DNA of 64,000 nucleotides, taken from assembly GCA_963693095.2 (NCBI GenBank), contig OY843768.1, positions 1 to 64,000 of the forward strand, given 5' to 3'. Under the pieces are notes generated by a model that worked only from the letters and a program-made list of their open reading frames with translations, did no database searches and was not told the DNA's origin. Each line of letters starts with the position of its first letter. The stretch's first letter is position 1. The position numbers were made by a program, and so were the translations under genes. Source of the stretch: Cenarchaeum sp. (GTDB lineage: Archaea > Thermoproteota > Nitrososphaeria > Nitrososphaerales > Nitrosopumilaceae). Below, one piece after another: positions 50,294 to 62,400 of this stretch.

Positions 50294-50460
50294 ACACGCC
50301 AGGCCCTGTGGCCCACCCCCCGGCGCGTTATCGGGGAACTTGACGGACTGCGATCAGATCGGCAGCATGCCCCCATCTGCCCGATCGGGCAGAGGCGCCG
50401 GCCCCGTACTGCCGACCCCGCGCTCAATGCTTATAACTAATCCGTGGCTCGCGCCGCTCC

Positions 50461-53400
50461 GTGCAGGGGCAAGCCCACGCGTGCCGGAGTCGCGACCCAC
50501 CGTCGGGTTTACGCACTGTCTTTGCCCTCGCAGCCATTGCGTGCGTGGCCCTGGCCTACGGGATCCCTGATGATGCCCTCGCGCAGACGGCCCTCACGGC
50601 GACTGCCGAGTTTACCGCCGAGGACACGATCACGCTCACGTTCAGCTCCGCCCTTGATGCCTCCTCGATATCTGACACGTCGGCCTTTTCTGTCTCGCGC
50701 CTCTACTCGACAGGGCTTCTTGGCTCAGTATCGTACGAGTCCGTCGCGCTGCGCGATGACGATCCTGCCCTTGATGGCGATGTCATATCGCACACGGCCG
50801 GCCCGCCATCAACAGTCTCGATCCGCCTCCGGTCCGGCGTCAACCTCCCTGCCGCCAATGTCATCTACACGATAACGGTTCCCTCCTCGGTCCTCGCCGC
50901 TGACGGCACGGCGTATGACACGACGGTGACGAGGCCCACGGCAACGTATGACACGATTCCGCCCGTGATCGTCTCACCAAAGTTTCTCGGGCATATAATA
51001 GACATCCCGTTCACCGACGTCATCGACCGCGACTCGCTTCCGACAACCTTTCGCGTGACGATTCCCGATGGCGTCGATCCCCGCCTGCGGACTGATTCAG
51101 ACACGGCCCCTGATGTCGTGCCGCTCTCGGCGACGCCCGTGCGCCTCGTGTCATCCTCGCGCATCTGGATTGCGCTCTTTTCTGTGCCAGTTCCGGGCAC
51201 GGTGTACACCGTGACGATTCCAGGCACGATCAGCGATGATGGCGCGCCAGAGCGCAACCTTTTGCCAGCACAGGAGCTCACCGTGCACTCTGGCGGGAGC
51301 GTTCTTGACGTCACGCGTCCAGTCATCGTAGAGTCGCGCTTTGTCTCGCTTGGCACGATTCGCCTCGAGTTCAGCGAGCGCCTCGCGGATCCCGTGCGCT
51401 CCACATTCCAGGTCAACGGGCCGTCGACGCCGTCGGGAATCGGGCCGGCGATCCCGCTTAATGGACTTGTCGTGTATGACGCAAGCGCGCGCACGATAGA
51501 CCTGAACCTCCTTGGCACGCTCTCCGATGGCACGTACACAGTCACGCCGCTCCAAGTGCGCGATGCGTCCTCCCCGTCCAACGCGTACACGCGCGGGCCT
51601 GTCAGTGTCGTGCGCGACACGACGCAGTTTGGCGTCGACTCGGCCCGCACGGCCGGCCAGACGGTCACGGTAGTGACGCTTGGCGGCTTTGTGCAGGGCG
51701 GCACGACGTCTGCGTCACAGTGGTTCATCACCGACAGCGCCCCTGGTTCTGCTGCCGCGCGCGCCCTAGGCGTCGCCGCCGGCGGGACCGCCCTGGCGCC
51801 TGCCGGCGTCGTGCGCGACACGCACGCGACAGGCTCGACGGACGTCCCTGTCTCCGGCACGCGCACGCTCACGCTCCTCCACGCGCCGCTGCAGCGCACC
51901 GACGCGCGGCCCACCATAGAGTACAGGCAGGGAGATGACGCGACTCCGATTCGCGGGTACACGCTTCCAGTCTCATCGACTGTGAGCCCGCATGTCGTGG
52001 CGAGTGACGGCTCGCCGCCAAAGCTTCGCTCGGCTGCGTTCACGGCGCCAGACACGATAACGATCGAGTTTAGCGAGGCGATAAACCTCGGCACGCTGCC
52101 CAGGCCACAGTTGGTTCGCATCGCCGGTCCGACGATATTTGCGGCCACATTCGTCGATCTCTCCGCCGAGTCCCCGCCGGTCTACTCGACGCCCTCTGGC
52201 GTGCCGACATATGTCATCACGCTTGCCAGTCCGGCTGCCCTCGGCGTCGCGCACGCCGTCGCGCTTCCACGGGGACTGAGCGACGCGGCAATTCTGCCCA
52301 ACGCGTACTCGGGAGTGTCCGCAATTGTCTCCAGGCCCACACTCCCGCCGCTCGGGGTGGTTCCCACAATCTCCACTGGCGGCATAAACCTCGCCTTTGA
52401 TGCGGTTCTTGACAGCGGTGCGGTCTCCTCGGCGACCTTTGGCGTGCGACCGCTCCTCCGTGGCGTGGAGACGAACGCCATCGCAAGCGCCGACCTAACT
52501 GTCACGCACACGCCAAACACGAATGCGATCCTCCTCGGGTTTCCCCCCTCGCACCCGCTCGTCGACACTACGGTCTATCACGTGTCAGCCTCTGGCGTGC
52601 GCGACTCGCTTGGACGCACGTTCGCCGGCCCGATCAGCGTGACATACGACACGGCTCCGCCGACGTTCACTGCGAGAACGTTCTCCAACTCGACGACGAC
52701 GGTGGTGAACTTTGGCGAGGCGCTCGACTCCGCCATACCCGACCGAACACTCCTTGATCCGGCAAAGTGGTCAGTTGCCGGAAGCGACTCGGTCATCCGC
52801 GCGCGCGTCGACATCTCGGAGTCTACCGTCTATACGCCGCAGATATCGCTGACCCATGGGCCGACTGCTGACACCACGCCAGACGTCACGTACAGCCCCG
52901 CCCTTGGCGCCACGACGTCTGCAGACGTGCGTGACGCCTCGGGCCTGCCCCTGGCCGCGCAGACCGTCTCGGCTGCCGACGGCCTGTCGCCGTCGATAGT
53001 CTCGTCTCGCTTTACCGGTGCGGACACTGTCAGGATCGAGTTTAGCGAGCCAATGTCGTCCGTGGCGGCGACTGGCACGCCGGCCGGATTCACCGTGGCG
53101 CACACGGCCGGTCAGGCAGCCGCGACGCTCACCTATGCGAGCGCGCCGGCCGAGGGCGCCACGGTTGTGATCACGCCGACTGGCACGGACTCCTCGGTGG
53201 CTGCCAACACGTACACTGGCGGCGAGATCAGCGTGACGCGCGACCTTGCGGCCCCCACTGCGACTGCGCAGTTTCGCGGGGACTTGGCGATCGCAGTCAC
53301 CTTCAGCGAGGCACTCGACGCGGACACCGTGGCCGCTGACGAGTTTTCCATAACGCTCACGCGCGGCACGGACTCCTCGGCGGTTCCGGTCATCACGGCC

Positions 53401-56400
53401 TCCTATGACTCTGCCACGATGGCCGTGGTCCTTGGCACCGCCACGCTTGACACGACGCTTCCGCACACGGTGATGGTGGGCAGCGGAATCACCGACACGT
53501 CGGCCAACGCGTATGCGACAGCAGGCCCGCTCAGCGTCTCTGCGGACACGACGGCCCCCTCGTTTGCCGCGAGGACCACAACGTCGCAGACCATCGAGCT
53601 GACATTTGACGAGGACATCTCGGCAGTCTCGGGCACTAGCGCGACGGCCTCTGACTGGAGGGTCGACCTGACTCCGGGCGACCTGACTGACCCGGCCTCT
53701 GTCATCACGCCGATCTCCATCTCTGGCGCCCTGCCGGGCAGGACGCTCACGCTCACGCTGCCCTTTCCGACACTGCTTGCCACCTTTACGATTGCCCCCT
53801 CGGCAACGCCGTCAGTGACATATGTCGCAACGACGCCGGCGTACGCCGATGCTGCGGCGAATCCACTTGCCACGGGGTCAAGCGCGCGCGCCACTGACGG
53901 TATCGCGCCATCGGTGAACAGCGTGTCGATCTTTGGCCCCATCCCGCTCGTGCGAACGCCGGGCATGGGCATTGGGTTTAACTTTGCGCTCGACGAGGCC
54001 GCAGCCAGTCCCGCCTGGGAGGACCTGCTCATCTATACCGGAGCTGGCCAGCGAACGGCCCTGCCCGGCACCATTGACAGTAGCACAACCACTGAAGGCT
54101 CGACGATAACTGCGACCTATGTGGTAAAGGATGACGATCCGATGGGCCCGCTCCAGTTTCAGATGATAGTGCGCGACCTTGCCGGAAACGCACGCGTCAT
54201 CACGCACGAGGATGCCACCGGCGGCATCACCATCGCGCACAACACGGCGCCGACGTTCACGGCGGCAACTGTCTCGCCGACTGTCACGCTCGTCACGCTC
54301 TCGGCGCCACTGGCCATCGGCACGAACCTCTCGTCCAACCTGCGCGAGGCCAACTGGCGAGTCGAGGAGACGACGTCCACGTCGCCGACTGTCACGCTGG
54401 ATGACAACAGGGGCGTCACCTTTGCGCGAATCTTGTCCCTTGGCGACAGGCCAGTCGTCGAGCTGACTCACGAGGAGCTCGTCGGCGAGCTCACGCCACT
54501 CGTCACGTTTGCGAGGACGGGCAACGTGCTCCTGGTCAACCTGGCTGACGTCGCCCTCGCCGACGCCTCGGTTCGCTCGGTGGCCTCGCCGCCGCTGTCA
54601 TTCTCTGCGGCCACGACGAGTGCGACTACGACTGTCGTGACGTTCTCCAGGGAGATAGTCTCAGGTGTGACGTCGGCCTTTGAGTGGCGCGTGTCAGGCA
54701 GCCACCAGGGAGCGCAGGACGGGCGCGCCCTGGGCCTCGCCGTCGGCGGCACGCCGGCCATGCCTGCTGCCGTGGTCGCCGACTCTAACCCCAACGGGCG
54801 CACGCCCGTGGCCGTCTCGGGCAGCTCGCTCACGCTCCTCCACGGGGCACTTCCGGCCACAGACCTCGTCCTCAACGTGGCATATTCGCTCTTTCCCGGC
54901 AACCCCGGCCTGCGCGGCGCAGACGGCCCCCTTGGGGAGACCTCGCCGCCGCATGTCGCCTCGACAGACGCCTCGCCCCCCCTAGTGCGCACGTCCGAGT
55001 TTGTCTCGGCTCGCAAGATCGTACTCACGTTCAGCGAGCCGCTCGCCGAGCCCTCGCTGCCCTCGACGTACACGGTCCGCTCGGCCGGCGCGACTGTTGC
55101 GCTCTCGGACTCCGAGTCCCCTGCGTACGGCATGGTCGACGGCTCTCCGGCCATAACGATAACGCTTGCCGATTCTGCAGCAGACGCCTCGACGTACACG
55201 ATCGAGCTGCCCATGTCGATAACTGACGAGGCCTCCAACGCGCATGTCGCCGGTTCGGCATCGGCCACATACACTGCAGAGCTCGTGGCGAGCGCGGCGT
55301 TCACCGCCGAGGACACGATCACGCTCACGTTCAACCGCGCCCTTGATCCCGACACGATAGATGACACGTCGGCCTTTGTGATAACGCGCGTGAGCACCGG
55401 ACCAACACCGCAGGTGATTGCGCTAGCGACTGACGATCCCGCCACTGCCGACGATGTCGTCTCATACACTGCCGGCCCGCCGTCGACTGTGTCGCTAACT
55501 CTGAGCTCGTCCATAGGAATAGCCGGCATCGAGGTCATGTACAGGGTGGGCATACCCTCCACGGTCCTTGACATTGACGGTGCCAGTTACGGCGACTCTG
55601 TCCCCATGCCAGTTGCGCAGTATGACACGATAGCGCCGACTGTCGTGTCGAGCCATCACGAGGGCAACTCACTCGTCATAAAGTTCAGCGACACGATCGA
55701 CCCGCTCTCGGTCCCGTCGACGATATCAGTGACGATACCTGATGGCCTTGACCCCAATATAGCGACTGACACGGACACCAACGCCGATCTCGTCCCCCTC
55801 TCAGTGACTGACGCCGTGCGCATGACAGCGCCTGACACGATGCGCGTGACACACCTGCGCGCATTTGTCCCGTCTGTCACGTACACGTACGAGCTGCCCT
55901 CCTCGATAACTGATGACGGCGCGCCTGCGCGCAATGCGCTAGTCGCCACGACACGGACGCACACAGTTGCCGGCTCGGCCGGCACGGGCTCGCCTACGGT
56001 GACTAGCTCCTTTTTTGCCGCAACAGACCGGATTCGCCTCACCTTTTCAGATTCCCTTGCTGACCCCCTACGCGCCGCATATTCGGTAAACGGGCCGGCC
56101 GACGGGGACGGGACGGGTCCGGCCGTTGCGCTCGCGGCGACTAGTCCTGTCTCGTATGTGTCTGGCTCCCTTGACATTACGCTAGCCGGCTCGACGCATC
56201 CGGACGGCACGTACACCGTCACGCTCGAGCACGTGCGCGATGCGTCCCTGCCGTCTAGGCCATACACGGGCGGCTCTGTCAGCATTGAGCGCATCGGCGC
56301 AGCGCCGTCAGTCTCCTCGGCGCGCACGCTTGATGCGACGACCACAGTCGTCACGCTGAGCAACGCGATCACGGCCGGCTCGACGTCTGCGTCGCAGTGG

Positions 56401-59400
56401 CTCATCACCGACAGCGCCACCGGCTCTACTGCGGCGCGTGCCCTCGGCGTGGCCATCGGCGGAACTGTAACTAGCGCGGCTGCAGTCACTGCGGACACTG
56501 ACGCGATGGGCCTCACCGACGTGGATGCCGGAGTCTCTACCACGCTCACGCTGCTCCACGGGCCGCTCTCGCGAACCGACGCGACGCCGACGATACAGTA
56601 TGCGCAGGGCACTGATGCGACGCCGCTCTCGGGATGGTCAGGCACGCTTGTGTCGACTAGCTCCCCGCACGTCACGTCAGCTGACGGCATCGCTCCGACT
56701 GCGACGGCCTCGTTTGCCGGCCTGCAGGCCCTCACGCTCACGTTCAGCGAGGCCCTCACGACGCCGATTCCGGCGACGGGCTGGTCTGTGAGCGTTCCGG
56801 ACAACACGTTTGCGCCACCGGATGTGGGATCCCTGCCCGATGACATTGGCGTCTCGGCCTCCACTCCTCCGGCCTACTCCTCAGCAGGCGGCACGCACAC
56901 CATCACGCTAACGCTTGAGCGCAACGCGCAGTATGGAATCGAGCACACAGTCACGATACCGACGATCCTCGATGCGTCCTCGCCTGTGTCCAACGAGTCC
57001 GCCACGACTGAGGCGATGGTGACGTACATGCCTGACATGCCGACGAGCACGACTGTCGACTCGGCCGTGACGCACAGCAGCACGATCACAATCGTGACTC
57101 TGAGCGGCGAGATCGTCGGCGGCACGACTGCTGCAAACCAGTGGTTTATCACGGACAGCGCGCCCAACTCGCCGCGCACACCCGTCCTCGGCGTGGCCGC
57201 CGGTGGTTCGGAGGGCTCACCGGTCACGGTAATTGCGGATTTTGGCGATCGCTCTACGCCGATCCACATCGGCGGTGTCTCGACTATAACGCTCCTGCAC
57301 GAACGCAACGGGCTCACGTCGGCCACGCCGACCATAGAGTACGCGCCCGGCGGGGACACGACGCCCCTTCGCGGGCTTGCCGGCCCGCTCGCGCCGACTG
57401 CCTCGCCGCACATAACTGCAGCCGACAAGGCACCTCCGACACTTGACAGCGTGAGTATCAGCTCTCCAACAGGGGGCGGCATAATTTTTTCATTTGCCTT
57501 CAGCGAGAGCGTCGCTGATTCGCCTGCCAAATTTGCGTCGTCATACAGGATCACGACTCCCGGCGCGCTTCCAACTAGTCCTGTGACAGTATTGGGCCAT
57601 AGTGTCTCTGGGTTTTTCACATTTGAGACAACCATAGTGGGGCTCTTGTTCAACCCTTCCCTCGGGCGTACGTACACAGTCACGCCATCTCCTGACATAG
57701 TCGACCTTAACGGAAACGCGTACGCCGGCGAGGGGCATTCTGCGAGATACATTGATGATGCTGGATTTTTTGGCTCGGCAGTCTTTGTGTCCTCAACGGC
57801 GATCCTTCTAAGCTTCACCCATACTCTAGACGATCCTGCGGTGGATGACTTTACGGTGATCGACCCTGACGGAAACGAGTTTGACCCCGCGTCCATCAGT
57901 CACGTCTCGGAGACAAACACAGTTACACTGTCGCTCAACGCGGCAAACGCGGCTATCGAGGGCGAGACGTACACGATCGAGATAGCCTCCGACCTGCCCT
58001 CGATCCGGCGCTCCACGTATGCTGGCGGGGATCTCGAGGCCACGTATGGGGTCCTCACGCCGACGTTCACGGCTCGCACGGTCTCGGCAACGCAGACAAG
58101 GGTCACGATCAGCGAGCCGATCGACGCGGGCATACCTGACGCCGTCCTCCTTGATGCGGCAAAGTGGTCAGTTGAGGGAAGCGCCGGCGTGCGCACCGCG
58201 CTGGTCTCCTACTCGACGCCCGTGGCCGCAGACGGGACGCGCGCACTGGACAGGAGTCCGGTCATCAACCTCGTCCACGAGCCCACCACGATTCCTGCAC
58301 CGGAGATTGCCTATACCGCAGGCGCCGGCGGCACGCCTGCTGACGTTATCGACACCTCAGGCAATGCGCTCTCCGGCGAGGCCGTCACGGCAGCTGACGG
58401 CGTGGCGCCTAGCATAGTCGCGACGCGCTGGACCAACGAAGCGATGCTCATAGAGGAGATTGGCGATTTTGGCCAATCCTTTATCGGGCTCTATCCACCG
58501 TACAAGCGGAATACCGAATCGTTTATCGTAGAGTTCAGCGAGCCTCTAACCAGACTGAACGTCACTGTGCCCAATGTCACCACCACCAGGCAACCGTTCC
58601 CGCGTGACCATTCGACCTGGGCTGTGACCTATACGGGCATAACAGCAGCCGTCACCGGCACTGTCCTTGATCTGGAATGGCGAGCCCAGGACGACGCCAG
58701 TCCTTGGAATGCCAGCACTGGCCGACTTGCAGTCACGGTTCGTGACTTTGCCGGCCCGACGGCAACTGCCGAGTTTCGCGGCACACATGGCATTAATGTC
58801 GTGTTCAGCAAGCCGCTTGACGAGCGGACAGCCCTTGCCACCAACTTTGGCGTGACGCACAGCCCAGGCGGCGAAGTTGAGTCCATCGCAATAGAGTCGG
58901 CCGTCTATGATGCCGCATCACGGACCATGAGGCTGAACCTGGTCGGCCCGTCGAGCACTCCGGCCTCGACATCAGTCAGCATCTCTGATGGCCTCACTGA
59001 CATGTCGAAGAACTCGTACGTGGGGGGCAATGTGGGCGTCAGTGCCGACACCTCGAGTCCGACGTTCACGGCGCGCTACACGTCGCACACGACGATCGAG
59101 CTCACGTTTGATGAGGATATCTCGGTGCCCCCAACGCAGTTGGCTCTCGCCTCGCACTGGATAGTCGACACGACGCCCCTTGACACAACGGACACGGCAG
59201 CCAACGTCACGCCTACCTCAATCGGCGGCACGCTACCCGGCAACACGATCACTCTCACGCTAGATGACGATGACGCGCTGGCCACCTCGTCGAGCCCGCG
59301 CGTGTCATACGTTGCCATTCCTTCGACATATGTTGACACGTCAGGCAACGTGCTCCTAACGGGATCGGCTGCGATCGCCGCTGATGCGACACCGCCGGAG

Positions 59401-62400
59401 ATCACGTCAGTCAGCTCCTTTGTGCATATATCAGACAGCATGTCGCGCACCGTCGGCGGGGCCGGCGACACGCTGCGCCTCTCGATCACGGCCGGTGAGA
59501 ACATTAACATCACGACCAACGACGTTCTCTACTATACGGGACCGAACCAGTCGCCAACGCGCTCGGACACCATACAGAACCTTGGCACCATGTCGACGAT
59601 CGACCGCACGATCGGGCAGAGTGACCCCAATGGCCTGCTCCACTTTGCAGTCGCCGTGCGCGACAGTGCGGGAAACTTGGTGACCGTGACACACGAGGAC
59701 GCCGACGCGCGCGTCATAGTGGACACGGCACCGCCGACGTTTACGGCCAGGACGATCCTGCCGACAACGACGATAGTCACGATCAGCGAGGCACTCGGCG
59801 GAAACCCGAGCGTCCCGCTGGATCTGCGCATATCTGACTGGCTCGTCGAGGAGACGACTAGTGCTGTGAGCACGGAGACGACGACTGATGACGCTGCCCT
59901 GACGTCAGTGAGGCTCATCGAGGCCGGCTCTAGTCCGCGCATAGAGATCATACACGAGCCCCTCGTCGCGAACCTCTCACCACTCGTCTCGTTTCTCCTG
60001 TCCGGCTCGACGGTTCTCCGCGACGCGGCCCTCTCGTCACTCGAGCCTGCCACGGTCCGCTCAGTCGACGCGCTACCGGATCTCTTTGTTGCGCGCACGG
60101 AGAGCGCTACGATAACTGTGGTGACGATGACCAGGGAGATCATAGGCGGCTCGACGGAGGCCGGACAGTGGTTCGTGACTGACAGCGCCGCCGGCTCGAG
60201 TCGCGCGCGCACCATGGGCATCGCCGTTGGCGGCACGACTGGCTCACCGGCTGCAGTCATCGCAGATACCACGCAGGACGGGTCATCTGAGGTGCCCGTC
60301 CAGTCGACGACCTCCTTTACCCTCCTTCACGCGCCGCTCATGCAGACAGACTCGACGCCTACCATCGAGTACGTGCCCGGTGCTGATGCGACGCCGCTGC
60401 GCGACAGGCGCGGTCCGGTTCCTGCGACGAGCGCACCGCACATCACGGCTATCGACGGCGTCCCGCCGACATTTACCTTTGGCTTTGTCACATCAGAAAG
60501 CATTCTCATATACTTTTCAGAGCGCGTCCACACCGACAACCCCGCCGGTGCCGGCAGGGAAGGCTGGTTCAGTGACCTGACACCTAATACGCCGCTTGAC
60601 ACCACAGTGGATCTTGCCGCCACCGCTGGCAGTGGAGCGACGATACCCGCAGGTCAAACCTTTGGCAGGTACATGGTGCACTTTTCACGAACGGTGGTGG
60701 CTGATGACACCATCGTCGTAGAGTATGTCCCGCCTGCAATGGGTATAGTCGACTCGGCAGGCAACGCGTTGACCGGCTCGAATGCGCGAGCGTCACTTAC
60801 CGCAGTTGGCGTGGATGCGGTGAGCGCACGAACGGTTGACGCGCGAACCATAGTTGTCACAATGCCCGATGACTGGCCCACAGATGTCCCGTTGCCGGGT
60901 GTAACTTGGAGTGTGCAACGTCAGCCTAACGCCCCCTATATTTTTATGGTTCAGGCGGCGGGTCTCACTGTGGATAATCCACTCGTCGTGGGATCCAAGC
61001 CATTTGGCGAGTACACGATCACGCTGCCAGAAGACGAGCCCATTGTGCCGGATGTTACGGCGATCGTGATAGCAACTCGCCCAGGCGTGGCGATCGGTAA
61101 CCCTGTCATGCCTGATCATCGACTTCTACCTTTTATCTTCTTACCTACCTTCGATGGCGTCGCGCCGGTGCCGACATCGATATCGGCAACGACGACGCGC
61201 ATGCTAGAGGTGACGTTTGACACGCCAGTCACGTTTGATGGCACAGACACGTCCGAGTATGCGGACCACTGGACACTCACCGAGGGTACCGGAGATGACG
61301 CAACCGAGGTGCGCATCACGTCAGTCGCGACAAAGGCTGGCGTCAACAACATAATTGAGATTGCGCACGACGCGCTCTCCTCCACGGCTCCTGTCGCGAT
61401 GCTTTCATATGTGGCAGACGATGATCATGACGGGCGCCTGCGCGACAGGTATCCCACGGACTTCAACTTTGTCAACGACTTTGAGATGATGCTCCGTGAC
61501 GCCGTGGGCCCGTCATTCACCGCCGTAACGATGACTCCAACGACGACACTAGTCATGTTTACCGAACCCATCACGGGCACGACTGTGGCCTCGGACTGGA
61601 CAGTCGACGGCTCGGCGCCGACGGCCGTCTCCCAGGACTCCTCGACGCGCGTGACGCTCACGCACGCGCCAACGTCTGGCGGCGAGGCGACACCGGCCAT
61701 AACGTACAGCGCGCCGGTACCGCTGGGGATCTCTAGGGCCTACACGACCTCGCTGACCACCACGAACGTTGAGCTCGCCTCGCCAGTCAGCGAAATACCG
61801 GCGCCTACGAGATCTCTCTGGGTACTCGAAGAAGTTGGCGGAAGTGTGCTACCCGTTGCCATAACTCAGGAACTGTCTGATGACGGCCTGACGATCACGC
61901 TCACACACGCCGCGTACTCCTCGTCGGCCTCGACAGGATTGCTTGGATACTTTCCACGCGGCACGCCCATAGTCGGTGGGGGCGGCTCGCTTCCCGAAAC
62001 AACGGGAATTAGCGTGAGCGACGGTGCGCCGCCGACCATAGTGTCAACAAGCCCGACCTTAGTTAGCATTGCGGGACGTGCCTCTTATGTGATTGACGTC
62101 ACGTTTAGCGAGCCCGTACGCTCGACACTTCCCGGCAATTTCATTGACTATCGCAACTGGCTCATTGAGCGAACGCGCAACGATGGCACCAAGGATATAC
62201 TCTCACTTCAAGATCCAACCCCTGCGGCAAACCAGCTGTCCCTCACGTTTCAGATTCCCCAGCCTGACAATAACTTCGTCGGTGATGACACAGCCGAGGC
62301 GTTCTTTAGGCAGCGCGTTTCTGGCGGACTGGAAGATCTCGCCGGCAACCGGCTAGCGACAATGACCCACCCTTCCGAGCTCACAAGCGCACCGACGTTC